A stretch of DNA of 64,000 nt, taken from contig CAJBLF010000015.1 of the NCBI GenBank assembly GCA_903953935.1, positions 1,039 to 65,038 of the forward strand, written 5' to 3'. The position numbers were made by a program, and so were the translations under genes. Below the pieces are notes generated by a model, which was not told the DNA's origin, ran no database searches, and worked only from the letters and a program-made list of their open reading frames with translations. The number at the start of each line of letters is the position of its first letter. The stretch's first letter is position 1. Of this stretch, positions 8,809-20,051 are shown one piece after another. This stretch comes from an uncultured bacterium (GTDB lineage: Bacteria > Patescibacteriota > Gracilibacteria > Absconditabacterales > Absconditicoccaceae).

Positions 8809-10560
8809 TTATTTTGATTGTGCTATCGCTAACACCTCTTCGATTATCTTTCTTTCAGATGATAACTTAGGTATTTTAGTTTGCCCTCACAATGTTTTTT
8901 TTTGTGACTGTATCCGTTGGTTAAATGTACCTGGAGGGACGATATGTATGATAGGCATTTTGAGTAAGATATCGTTTTTACGCTTTGATTCGTAGTCCGC
9001 ATTTTCCTCTTGTAAATATATATCAAGCTGCTCTGTTAATGCCACTAACGAGCATTGTTTTGGGAGTTCGCCTTCAAGTATCCATTCATGAACCTGAGGA
9101 TTATCATCATTATCTGGTCCGACTGTGTATCATGAAAAATCAGATTGATATAGTTTGTGTATCTTATACAGTGCTCTATTGATATGATCTTCCATCAATT
9201 CCTCTCCTTTGAGATTGATACATTCCTTTGTTCTTCCTACAATTTCAAATCTCCATCACTCATCGACAAAACAAATGACATCACCTATTACATAACGAAA
9301 CAACCCACTATTTGTGGTTATCACCAATGCGAATTTGGTTTTTTGTGAAATATCATGAGCAGTTATTTTTCGAATTGGTTTAACATGTGCTGTAGGCCTG
9401 ACCCTTCATTGATCGAAATTTTCTGGCGTAAATGGAATGAATTCATAAAATACTCAATGATTGATAACAAGCTGATATGGAGCCTGTGCCTGATCATTTT
9501 CATAATGCACAAGATCCTGATATCAAAAATATCATTCGGATGCATTATATGCTCAGATGTGAGATATGCCTAATGTATTGAAATATCTAATATAGGGTCT
9601 TGCACTCACTCATCACCACACTACTAAATCCAAATTTTTGATGAATGATCTAAATTTCTTGGGTGATTTTTTCTTCATATATTGTAGCATCTCACATATC
9701 CGGCTTGTCACACCAAGCATAATGGTATGCTCATTGGGACGAAGTTTTTTTATAAAAAGATTTCTTTTGATATACCAATTTGGCTCTAAAAACACCGACA
9801 ATGGATATTTATATTTTTTTTGTAAAAGACGACTTCTTTCCAAAATCATCAATGCAGACACATCAGCGATAATGCTTCCGTCTTCGAGTTGTTCCTGTAT
9901 AGTACCACCAAGCGGTCGTGAATATGCCCCGAACGCCTGTGTTTCTGGGTATTTCATAGCATAGGTGGCAAAGGTAGCTAATCCCGCTTTATTTATCGAT
10001 TCCAAAGATTCATCGGTCACAGGAATATGTTTTTTTCTGCTTGTCGTCCCCGCAGAAGCTGAAAATCTCTGTATTTTACCTGGCCAAATTATGTCTGACT
10101 CTTTTTTTGCGCGTTCTATTCGATACTTATACTGATCATAGGTGACAATAGGGACATGACTGATAAAATCCTTGTACATATCATCAGAAAAAGACACGAA
10201 ATCATGCTCCTTACCAAATGCTGTTGCCTTTGTTTTGGAAATCAAATAAGATAGAATATCTTTTTGTGTCTGTTCGGCATTTTCTAGAGATTCCTCTATT
10301 GATGGATAGATGAATGACTTTAGATAGGTCACAAATATAAAATTAAATGTCTTGGTCTCTAATAGTAATGATAGTAGCCCTCTTGTATATTCACCCATAT
10401 TTTCTTCTGTAACAAATTTTTCTTCGTGATCAATCGATGCATATCTTTTTATAATACGTGCAATCGTTTTTTTATTATCACCAAAAAGTTCATGTACGGG
10501 GAAAGTCCAGTAGTACACTCTAACAAATATATTTCATAGTCTTTTTCGCATGGGCTTCAT
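8809..10560 (-). CDS. GH3-family (acyl-acid amido synthetase-like) protein, paralog 1
   Basis: One frame across many TGA. Motifs FGKEHDF, SASAGTTSRKKHIP, YNASEgYFgYQD, GLFRYVIGD, GRTKECINLKGEEL, LggQTKIPKL. Starts 3 nt after the stop of paralog 2. Confidence 0.75.
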
Positions 10561-10563
10561 ATC

Positions 10564-12369
10564 TTATGATATATTTATCATACCCAATATCTCGTCAATG
10601 TTTTTTCTATCGTTGGCAACTTTGGGTACCTTATATTGTCCACCAAGTTTGTTTTTTGTTTTCATCCATTCATAAAATGTTCCTGTAGGTGCAGCGTGCA
10701 CTATAGGAAACCCGAGCACTTTCGTAGAATACCTTTCATCAGCATAAAAAGGATTAATCGTTCATAATTCTTGATCCAGCGTCTTGGTAAAGATATTCAT
10801 ATGCTCTGGCTTTTTGATAAATTCTATGATTCGTTCATGAGCACCTCTTGCCTCACGTCATCATTCATATACATGTGGTCATACGGTATATTCTGCTATA
10901 ATAGTATCTGTTTTTTTACATGTTTCCAATATTGCTTTTTCTATATGAGATAAGAACATACGCTCCCCTATCATATCTATAAAATATTTTGTTCTTCCTG
11001 TAATCTTTATCTTTCGTGGAGTAAGATTGGTAAACACAACTACATCTCCTAATATATATCTCCAAAATCCGGAACAATTGGTGATAATGATAACATATTC
11101 TTTCCCCAACTCTACTTCTTGTAAAGAAAGTACGGGAACATTTGTTGTTCCATAATTTTCTAAAGCAATAAACTCATAGAAGGTACCATGATTGGTCAAG
11201 AGCAACATATCGTCTACATCATTTTCATCTTGTATACCAAAAAATCATTCAGAGGCGTTATAGACTTGATAATATTTCATCTTGGGATTTGGTATTAGTT
11301 TTTCAAATTGATCCTTATATAGGGTAATGGGCAATCATCCTCGAAAAAACAATTCCAAATTTGGTCGAACTTCTGATATGTTTTTTTTGCCTGTATATTC
11401 TAATACTCTATATAATACATTCAATAACCATCATGGCTGACCATTGATAGAGGTTATATTTTTATCTACGGTATACTCAACAATGGCATCTAGCTTGTTT
11501 TCTCGATCTTCTATATATGCGATATCATCTTGTGGCTCTTTGAGTATCTTACCAAGCCATGGGGTGTTTTTTTGTAAAATAGCAGAAATGAATCACACAT
11601 TTTCTTCTCCTGTATAGGGATTTGTACTGAGTGCTCCTCAAATAATCAATCATTTACCGTTCAAAAACTGACTTCTTGGATTATTTTTGATATAAAATGT
11701 TAATCCATCAATACTTCCTTTAAAGTGACATTTTCTGAGTCACTCCATAGTAACCGGAAGATATTTTGCAGTAGTCCCGGTAGTTCATGATGAAGTAGCA
11801 AATCGATCTATTTTACCAGGATAGGTTATGTCTTCTCATCATTTGAGCATATAATGTACCCATGGCTCAAAATCATGATAATGAAAAATAGGGACTTGGT
11901 TTTGAAAATCTGCGATAGTTTTTATCTCACTAAATGCATATCTTTTTCCAAACATAGTTTTTTTACATTTGTTGATGAGTCCAATCAATATAGCTTCTTG
12001 ATCCAAAAAACTATTATCACGGAAATCTGCATTCAAGGTAAAAAATGTTTTTACTACCTTATTCAATACACGTACGGGCATATGTAAGAGCTGTTTAGGT
12101 ACCTCAGTAATTTTACCTGGATGTCCCAAAATATCCACGGAAGCATTGATAAGATCAAGCGACATTTCCCATGACATATTCAAAATATCCTTTGGCATAT
12201 TCAAAATAAGCTTTGGTGCTTTCAACACTTTTTTGGATACTCTCAGTACTTTCTTGGGAACCGTAGATACGTGAGCTTTCATAGAACAAGATACGTATAA
12301 AAAATAGGCCAACAATAGTGCGTCTTTTGTATGTATTATACGTATGAATGCAAGAATTTTTATATCCAT
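10564..12369 (-). CDS. GH3-family protein, paralog 2, with a repeat-containing N-terminal insert
   Basis: Motifs FGKRYAF, TSSgTTGTTAKYLP, YNASEgFFGIQD, GFWRYILGD, LGGQYKVPKV. The N-terminus carries about 70 aa of short PK..L repeats. Confidence 0.75.
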
Positions 12370-12518
12370 ATATATAATTCCACAAAAATAGATACCAACA
12401 TTTTCTCTTTTTTTCTCATGAGATTTTGTTATTTATACTTTACTATTAAAATAGTATGAATATTTAGAATATTACAAGATTATGTGTACTAGAAATCTTT
12501 TAATCTTTTAGTTGTAGT

Positions 12519-15074
12519 ATGAAGTATACCTCACCACTCTTGAAAAAATTTATCTCTATCAACGATACACCAGAAAATATCGCGAAGAATCTCATATTGA
12601 AAACCTGTGAAATAGAAGAAGTTCATCATAGAACTATCGCTGAGACAATCGTCATATGATATGTAAAATCTTGTGAACAACATCCTGATGCAGAAAAATT
12701 AAAAGTCTGTATGGTCGATTGCGGAAAGCAATGAGAATACCAGATCATCTGTGGTGGATCAAATGTCGCTGCGGGATTGTATGTCCCTGTCGCATTACCA
12801 GGAACGGTATTTGAAAAAGCTGGGATCACTATCGAGCCGAGAAAGATGAGAGGTATAGTTTCCAATGGTATGATCTGTAGTAAAGAAGAACTATGAATTC
12901 TTGAAGATTTGGAAAAACATTCCATCTGGTCACTGACCGAAGATTTGGAAGACATTTCTGACGCCGATGTGTGAACCGCATTGAGCGCAAAATTTCCTCG
13001 ACTTGAAAGTCGAGTGATGGAAGTCGACAATAAATCATTAACCAATAGACCTGATTTGACTGGGCATTTTGGTGCAGCAACGGAACTTAATGCAATATAT
13101 AGCGTAGTCGAAGGTTGAAAGTCAAAAACCGAAGGTCAGAAAATTAGTTTCAATAAAATCAAAGAATATTATGAACAATGCACACCACAACATATCATGC
13201 AAATATTGGAAAATAGTACAAAACCCGAAAGAAAGGTTATCGGAGAAAGTGATGGTTTGAATTCATATCTTCTCTTACATTTGAAAAATATAGAAGTTCA
13301 ACAAACATCATTTTTTACAAGATTACAGATGTTGGATCTATGATCTAACCCAATTAATAACTGGGTAGACTTTTCTAATTTATTTATGAATATCAGCGGA
13401 CAACCGATTCATTTCTTTGATGCAGAAAAAGTAGATGGAGATATTATCGTAAGAAACGCCAAAGACGGAGAGAAATTTACTGATCTGTTTGAAACTCAAC
13501 ATATATTGAAAGCAGCTGATGTCGTGATAGCTGATAAAAAGAAGATACTTGCACTTGCGGGAGTTGTCTGAGGACTTGAAAGTTGAATTACTGAAAGCAC
13601 AAAAAATATTTTGGTAGAAATCGCAAATTTCGATCCAGTAGCAGTCAGAAAGACATGAACAAGATTGAGCCTCAGAACTGATGCAGAATTGAGATTTGAA
13701 AAAAATATCAATCCACGATACACTTTATTTTGTCTGATTCTTTTCTTGGATGAATTAAATTATTATAAAAAAGACCTTGGAAATTTCGAGATCGGATGAT
13801 TATCTTATTTTATTAACGACCAACTCAAAACTCAAAATTCAAAGCAGATAGATATAGATATAAAAGTCATGGAACAATTCATTCTTGGACAAAAAGCAAA
13901 AGGATTTGATAAAACAACAGAAGAAATTTTGAAGGGATTATGATTTACATGAGTAGGTGGTTTAAAATTAGAAATTGAAAATTGAAAATTACATGTAGTT
14001 TGTCCTTTACGAAGAGGTCCCGACGATCTCAATATCCCAGAAGATATCTATGAAGAAGTAGCAAGAATCTATGGATATGATCAGATAGAAAATCTTCCTT
14101 TATTGGGAGATACTAGCTATGTCCCCTACACTGACTATGTCGCGATCCAAAGAAAACTAGAAGATGTTCTTGTAAGAACTATTGGTTGTAATCAAACAGA
14201 AACGTATCCACGAATTAGTGAAAAAACACTGAAAGAGCTTGGAAGAAACAAAGACCACATGTATATGTTACAAAATCCTGTAAATCCTGAAGCACCCTAT
14301 ATGAGAGATGATATGGTTTATGGTCTACTCGCACACACCGCGAAAAATAGCAAATTCTTTGATACATGCAAAATATTTGATATTGGAAAAATATGGAGAA
14401 AGGATGGTGCAGTAAAAAAAGATTCACCATTCGCTTCAGATTTCGTCAATGAACAGACAGAACTCTGAGTAATGCTCTATCAAAAAAACATAGACCAATG
14501 GAACAAAGACCCTATCTTGGAAGCTAAAAAAATCGTACAAGTGATTGCCAAAGAATTGGAACTCGGAAAAATTACGTTTGAAAAACCTGATGTTTCCCGA
14601 TTTCGGCTCCACCCAAAAAAACAAGCACTCATCAAAATTGGTGATCTTGTTATAGGATTTGTCGGTTCGTTACATCCATTAATTTTACAAAGCAATAAAA
14701 TCGGAGAAATCAGTGGTGTGGGATATCTCTCATTAAATATCACTACTATTATAGAGCATACTAAGAAAACTAGTGAACACATATATACCTATGAATCCTT
14801 ACAAGATCAAATCATCCGGAGAGATTTATGTTTCGTTGTAGAGAGTACTAATAGTTTTGATGCTATAATCACAGCAGTAAAACATGTTGCCGAAATCAAA
14901 GAAGTAGAAGTCTTTGATGTGTATGCAGGAAAAAATTTGGGTGAAGACAAAAAATCAGTTTCCATTAAGATAAAAATGGTCGGTGACTGAACGATGACTA
15001 CAGAACAAATCAATGACGTAATGAACAAAGCCATCAAAGCCGCAGAAGGTGCTGGTGGAACTTTAAGAGCATAA
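12519..15074 (+). CDS. pheT: Phenylalanine--tRNA ligase beta subunit
   Basis: tRNA-binding domain ([35 protein letters not shown]), B5 region ([14 protein letters not shown]), C-terminal domain. All fragments share the frame of ATG 12519. TAA at 15072. Confidence 0.9.
13962..13989 (+). repeat. Heptamer array (TTAAAAT TAGAAAT TGAAAAT TGAAAAT) inside pheT
   Basis: In frame it encodes [11 protein letters not shown]. The TGA at 13983 is in frame. Confidence 0.85.
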
Positions 15075-15090
15075 AAACATCATAGAGAAA

Positions 15091-15121
15091 ACTGAGATAT
15101 ATTTGTTGTCTCAGTTTTTTT
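15091..15121 (+). terminator. Rho-independent terminator after pheT
   Basis: ACTGAGA-loop-TCTCAGT followed by a T7 run. Confidence 0.7.
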
Positions 15122-15183
15122 ATTTAATTGACTTTTTATATTAAATCAATATGGTATTTTACATAATCATAAACAAAAACCAT

Positions 15184-15525
15184 ATGCCAGCAATTATGCT
15201 CTTAGGTGTTCCTAAGGAACAACGAACCATCAAATTTACTACCGCACTCCAACAAAGAGTGTGTGGTATGGACGTCCTTCATCTCACAGAAAATGATGTT
15301 TCTCCCTTTTTTATGCCCGCAGAGGGTCCTGTGGGAGAAATCATGATTTTAATTGCGTTCTTTTTTGATCTGCCCGAACGCACTCCAGAAGTCCGTCAAC
15401 TCCTTGTAGAAAGATTGCGCGATTGTACAAAAAAATTCTGTCCTGATGCTACACTGATTGAATGTGGTTATCTACCCTTTGATCAGACACTTGGATTTGC
15501 AAGATTTGCTAAACCCATAGAATAA
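15184..15525 (+). CDS. Hypothetical protein (GC-richer, no TGA)
   Basis: Intact ORF. ATG 15184 (MPAIMLLG..) is preferred over ATG 15151, which lies in AT-rich sequence. TAA stop. Confidence 0.45.
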   Translation: MPAIMLLGVPKEQRTIKFTTALQQRVCGMDVLHLTENDVSPFFMPAEGPVGEIMILIAFFFDLPERTPEVRQLLVERLRDCTKKFCPDATLIECGYLPFDQTLGFARFAKPIE

Positions 15526-15550
15526 TACCTTGCCTTACTCGCCTACTCTA

Positions 15551-15576
15551 CTGCCGGATACTCCGGCAGTTTTTTT
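15551..15576 (+). terminator. Rho-independent terminator
   Basis: CTGCCGGA-TAC-TCCGGCAG followed by a T7 run. Confidence 0.8.
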
Positions 15577-15580
15577 GATT

Positions 15581-15608
15581 AAAAAAAAATCCCTCTTTCG
15601 AGGGATTT
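15581..15608 (-). terminator. Rho-independent terminator of the convergent minus-strand gene
   Basis: AAATCCCTC-TTTC-GAGGGATTT, with a T9 run on the minus strand. Confidence 0.75.
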
Positions 15609-15616
15609 CTATCTTT

Positions 15617-16180
15617 TTACTTGGGCTTCGAACCATCAGGATCTTCTTCATATCATGTAATAATTTCTTCTACATCACTATCAGTATAATCACTAGTATT
15701 CTTTTCGGGTACAAATTTACTTGTCGGGGGCATATCGGTTCATTGATTTATGAATGCTTTCAATGCAGGCAATTCTGCCAATAAGTCATTGTTCGAGACA
15801 TTCTTCAATTCATAAAGCACATCACCCTCGTCGGAATTGAGACGTATATTAAGATTGCCAGCAGGCGTTACTGTGACTATCATTTGTCATTCTCCGAGAA
15901 CAGTTTTTCACTGTATAGGAGTCAATGGTCGTCAGGTCAATTGCACAACGATATCTTTTCTAGCAATATGATAGACACGAAATCCTTCTTTTTTAAGAAA
16001 ATTATAGTCCGTTCAGAATGCTTCTTTCAGAATATCTGCCGTTTTATTGGCTTTATCTTTAGCTTCTTTCGCCAATAAAGCTTTTGCAAGAGCCGCTCTC
16101 TGTGGCGCAGTATTTCCTCTTTGAAAATTGGCAGACTCCCTTCTCATTTCATGCTCTTCTTTGCTATAACGTTTTTCCAT
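15617..16180 (-). CDS. Hypothetical protein
   Basis: ATG 16180 to TAA 15617 in one frame with several TGA (..KEAFgTDYNF.., ..VLGEgQMIV..). The plus-strand track ORFs here are antisense artefacts. Confidence 0.5.
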
Positions 16181-16363
16181 GATACTCAGTATGATTATGT
16201 AAAATGTATTCTACTATTTTTAGTGTATATATTATAATTATTTAAACATCTTTGTCAATCATATCTTATCTAAATTATCTCTTGTATTTCATCAGGAATA
16301 CCATATACTCTTTATTGGAGATAGAAATCTACTCCAAATTTTATTCATTACCAATATTATTCA

Positions 16364-16579
16364 ATGACAACTGGTATCGTTAAGTTCTTCAACAGAACTA
16401 AAAACTTCGGATTCATTACTCCAGAAGATGGAAGTAAAGATGTATTCGTACACGGAACAAATGTAATTGGTGAATCTATCGCTGATGGTGACACTGTAGA
16501 ATTTGAACTCGGAGAAGGAAGAAAAGGTCCTGAAGCTAAAAACGTAACAAAGACTGGTTCAGGCGCTATGGCTGACTAA
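16364..16579 (+). CDS. Cold-shock domain protein (CspA family)
   Basis: [27 protein letters not shown] contains the RNP1/RNP2 motifs. 71 aa with no TGA despite many Gly. Confidence 0.9.
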   Translation: MTTGIVKFFNRTKNFGFITPEDGSKDVFVHGTNVIGESIADGDTVEFELGEGRKGPEAKNVTKTGSGAMAD

Positions 16580-16670
16580 TCATGTTACCAACAAAAAGAT
16601 CTTAACATATTATAGAACATATAATACCAATTATATACCATATAATACATAAAGACTTTTTTGGGAAAAA

Positions 16671-16693
16671 CACCGCAGTACTGCGGTGTTTTT
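16671..16693 (+). terminator. Rho-independent terminator after the cold-shock gene
   Basis: CACCGCAG-TA-CTGCGGTG followed by a T5 run. Confidence 0.75.
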
Positions 16694-16725
16694 CTTTATT
16701 AAAAAAATATTTTGAATATATTTTT

Positions 16726-17136
16726 TTAGGTATTGGAAAAGAAAAAATTGTTCACCTCATTTCCGTTATCGTCACAAGAAACATATTTTTCTCCATCAAA
16801 ATATACATACCCACGATCGTACATAAGGTAATCATGTGTTTTAAAAGGCACCAGTTCCCCTGTCCTTTCATTATATACGAAAAAATCACTCTGCGTATTT
16901 CTTTTAGATAGTTTCACTTTATTTTCTTTATTCAATTGTATGGTTTCTTCTTTTGTTTTGAAAGAAAAATCCGACCAACAATTACGACCTTCTTCCTTTT
17001 TTCCAATATACAGAATATCTTCAAGCTCACCATTAGTTATGGTGATAAGTTCCTGTATATTTTTGAAATGATAGGCTTTGCTTGTGTTTGTGGAGTCTTG
17101 CTGTACTATCGGTGTTTTCATGCGACACAATGACAT
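16726..17136 (-). CDS. Hypothetical protein
   Basis: Intact 136-aa ORF beginning 3 nt after the PilB-like stop. TAA stop. Confidence 0.5.
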   Translation of the reverse strand: MSLCRMKTPIVQQDSTNTSKAYHFKNIQELITITNGELEDILYIGKKEEGRNCWSDFSFKTKEETIQLNKENKVKLSKRNTQSDFFVYNERTGELVPFKTHDYLMYDRGYVYFDGEKYVSCDDNGNEVNNFFFSNT

Positions 17137-17139
17137 AAT

Positions 17140-18723
17140 TTATAAAACTCTTCTAAGCTCATCCAAGGTAGTTTCCCCTTGGAGCATCTTTATGATACCA
17201 TCTTCTTGAATTGTTAAAAATCAATTTTCTCTAGCTTTGGCATATAAGTCGACCCCAATTTTTCCATCTACAATCATCTTTCTGAGATCATCAGTTATTT
17301 CAAATGTTTCAATAATTGCCATTCTTCCCTTATATCAACTTCCATTACATTCGTCACATCCCACGATTGCAGGTACTTTCCCATCAAATGGTAGAATTAA
17401 TTTAGAATCGATGTCAGTTATTTTTTTGATAATATCTTTTATTTCAGCTTGTTCTCAATAATCTGCATCCCTTTTCGTTCCACAACGAGGACAAATTCTT
17501 CTGACTAATCTCTGTGCTACAATAAGGTTCAACGCTGGTGCCAACATGTATGGTTTGATTTCCATACTCGATAATCTCGGAATAGATTCTATTGCAGAAT
17601 TCGTATGTAATGTTGTAAATACCAAATGTCCTGTCAATGCTGCGTTTATCGCTATTTCTGCTGTTTCCTTTGATCTCGTCTCTCAGATAAGAATAATATC
17701 CGGATCATGTCTCAGAATTGATTTGAGTCCAACTTCATAGGTATATCATTTGCCATAATTGATCTGTGATTGTTGAATTCATTTTATCTCATATTCGATA
17801 GGATCTTCAAGAGTAATAATCTTTCTTTTTCCATCATTGAGATATCCCAAAATTGTATACAGGGTCGTTGTTTTTCATGAACCTGTAGGTCAAGTAAATA
17901 CCGTAATTCCTGTGTTTTTTTGTATATTTCTTTTGAGTATATTATATGTTCTTTCTGAAAATCCTATTTTCTCAAATGTAGTTATACCCCTTGTCGGATC
18001 TAAGAATCTGAGTACAGTACTTTCCGACCCCACTCCAGGCATGAAGTTTACTCTGACATCAATCTTTCTTTCTAATCCATTCACATCAGTTGCTTCAAAT
18101 ACAAACCTTCCATCCTGAGGAAGATAATCTATATTCATTTTGGTTCCTGATATAAATTTTATTTTCTGAAGATATTTTCTAAAATCAGCGTGAGTAAATT
18201 CGAGTAACTCTTGCAATACTCCATCTATTCTTATCCTTACAATCACCCCATCTTCTTGTGACTGAAAATGAAGATCTGATGCTCATGTCTGAAATGCTAA
18301 TCTTATAAATTCCATGATAAAATCTCCGGGCTCCATAGCATCTCTTTGTTCATATATTTTCTGAATCATTGCAATCGCCCCTTTTCCTGCAGCTTTTTTT
18401 TGTTCTGAATCAGATTTTCTCTTCTGTATTGCTATACCTTCCATGTCGTCATACCAACTCATTGCATAAGCAAATCATTGTGATGACGTATAAAATACCT
18501 CATATTTATATCCTTTGTCTTCTAGATTTTTAAGCAACGCTTTGAGTCATTCAGGAAAATTATTTGTGGTAAGCACTTTGAATGTATTTTTATCTTTCGA
18601 GAAAATTAATGTCTCTATTTTTTGAGCGGTCTCTTGAGCAATAATTTTGATTTGCTCAAAATTGGGACTTATTCCTTGTAAGTCATCAATTTCTAAAATA
18701 CTTTTACTTAACGTTGTTGGCAT
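17140..18723 (-). CDS. pilB: Type II/IV secretion-family ATPase (PilB/GspE-like)
   Basis: [15 protein letters not shown], Walker A gPTGSgKTTT, Walker B DPDIILIgE, His box [12 protein letters not shown], Cys cluster CPRC..CDEC. One frame from ATG 18723 to TAA 17140. Confidence 0.85.
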
Positions 18724-18877
18724 ATCCGCTTTCGTGTTCCAAGTTAAATGTTTGTGCCATAAAACAAGTATATCCTCAATCGCTATTTTTTCAAAGTTTT
18801 AACGACTCTTTCACCTAATTTTACTTGACTTTTTTATTCTTTTGGATATAAAAAATAAATAAACAAAATACATTCTT

Positions 18878-19369
18878 ATGAACGACAAAACCACAAAAAC
18901 CAAACTCACAGAATTGGGATCAGATCCATCTCATGAAAAAGCTACGCCTGGCAATTTTCGTGCCTGTGTTATGCTCGATTCATGTATATACCAAATCGGG
19001 GAAGATGTACCCGCCCGTGAAGATGCATTCACCCTTTGTTCAGAATACAGAGGTATGGACGCACCTATCCAGATTTTCGATGATCAGGGCAAGGAACACA
19101 TCATCAATGGGCAGCTCAAAATGGGCAAAGACAATTCATTCTTCCACAATGCTTCGTCATATTTTGACAAGTTGATGAACCAGACCTACGTCAGCAAATC
19201 AGAGATTCTTTCTTTGAAAAAAAAGCTCAAAGTACTCAAAGAATCTGGCTCATCAACAAGCTACAACAATATTTTAAACAGAGTTACTGGACTTTCTGCC
19301 AAGGCCAAGGGTAAAAATCCTGTTGAACTCTTAAAAGAAGTATATGATGATTTCAAACAGATCTCTTAA
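18878..19369 (+). CDS. Hypothetical protein
   Basis: Intact 163-aa ORF, TAA stop, followed by a terminator. Confidence 0.5.
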   Translation: MNDKTTKTKLTELGSDPSHEKATPGNFRACVMLDSCIYQIGEDVPAREDAFTLCSEYRGMDAPIQIFDDQGKEHIINGQLKMGKDNSFFHNASSYFDKLMNQTYVSKSEILSLKKKLKVLKESGSSTSYNNILNRVTGLSAKAKGKNPVELLKEVYDDFKQIS

Positions 19370-19383
19370 TGTATTTCTCTGGC

Positions 19384-19411
19384 GTTCCCGATATATCGGG
19401 AACATTTTTTT
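19384..19411 (+). terminator. Rho-independent terminator
   Basis: GTTCCCGAT-AT-ATCGGGAAC followed by a T7 run. Confidence 0.8.
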
Positions 19412-19460
19412 GAAATAACAAAAAAGTATAATGGAACAATGTTGTGTTCTACCTTCAAAC

Positions 19461-19877
19461 CTATAAAAAAAGCCGCCTAATATAGGCAGCAATACTACAA
19501 TACGTTTCATATCAATCTCTTTCTTCAAAGGTACTCCGAATACGGAAATATTCTTTGGTTTGTCCGGGATTTTTGCCAAGTATCTCTACATAAAGCTCAG
19601 TGCGCATAGCATCTTTTGCCACTTCGTAGAAATTGACTATTTCCTCAGAATACACCTTTTTGTACAGAAAAATGATATTTTTTTCTTTTCTCGATGGTGT
19701 TCCTACTCGATACCCATCATTGTTTTCATCATCCGGATTAGATGGTATCGTCTCTACTTTATACACCACCATAGCGTTGTTTTCATCATCCGGAAATGAG
19801 TTGATAAACTCCTGAACAGTTGATGTCATTTTGAGACGTTCCTTGATGAGTTTTTTTAATGATTCTATCTCTTCCAT
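19461..19877 (-). CDS. Hypothetical protein
   Basis: ATG 19877. The track stop at 19512 is TGA, so with table 25 the frame runs on to TAG 19461-19463, through a GCTGCC/GGCGGC hairpin. Confidence 0.45.
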
Positions 19878-20051
19878 AGCAATATGTATTAATGATTTTA
19901 TTTTTTTTCCTTATATCTAAATACTTTACATTTTCAATAGTTTATATCTAATTAACGGACAAATCGTTTTTTTTATTTATAGTTGAATTTCAGAGACTAA
20001 TTTATACAAATAAATTATGCATTTTTACTTATTAGTTGATCGTTGGTATAC

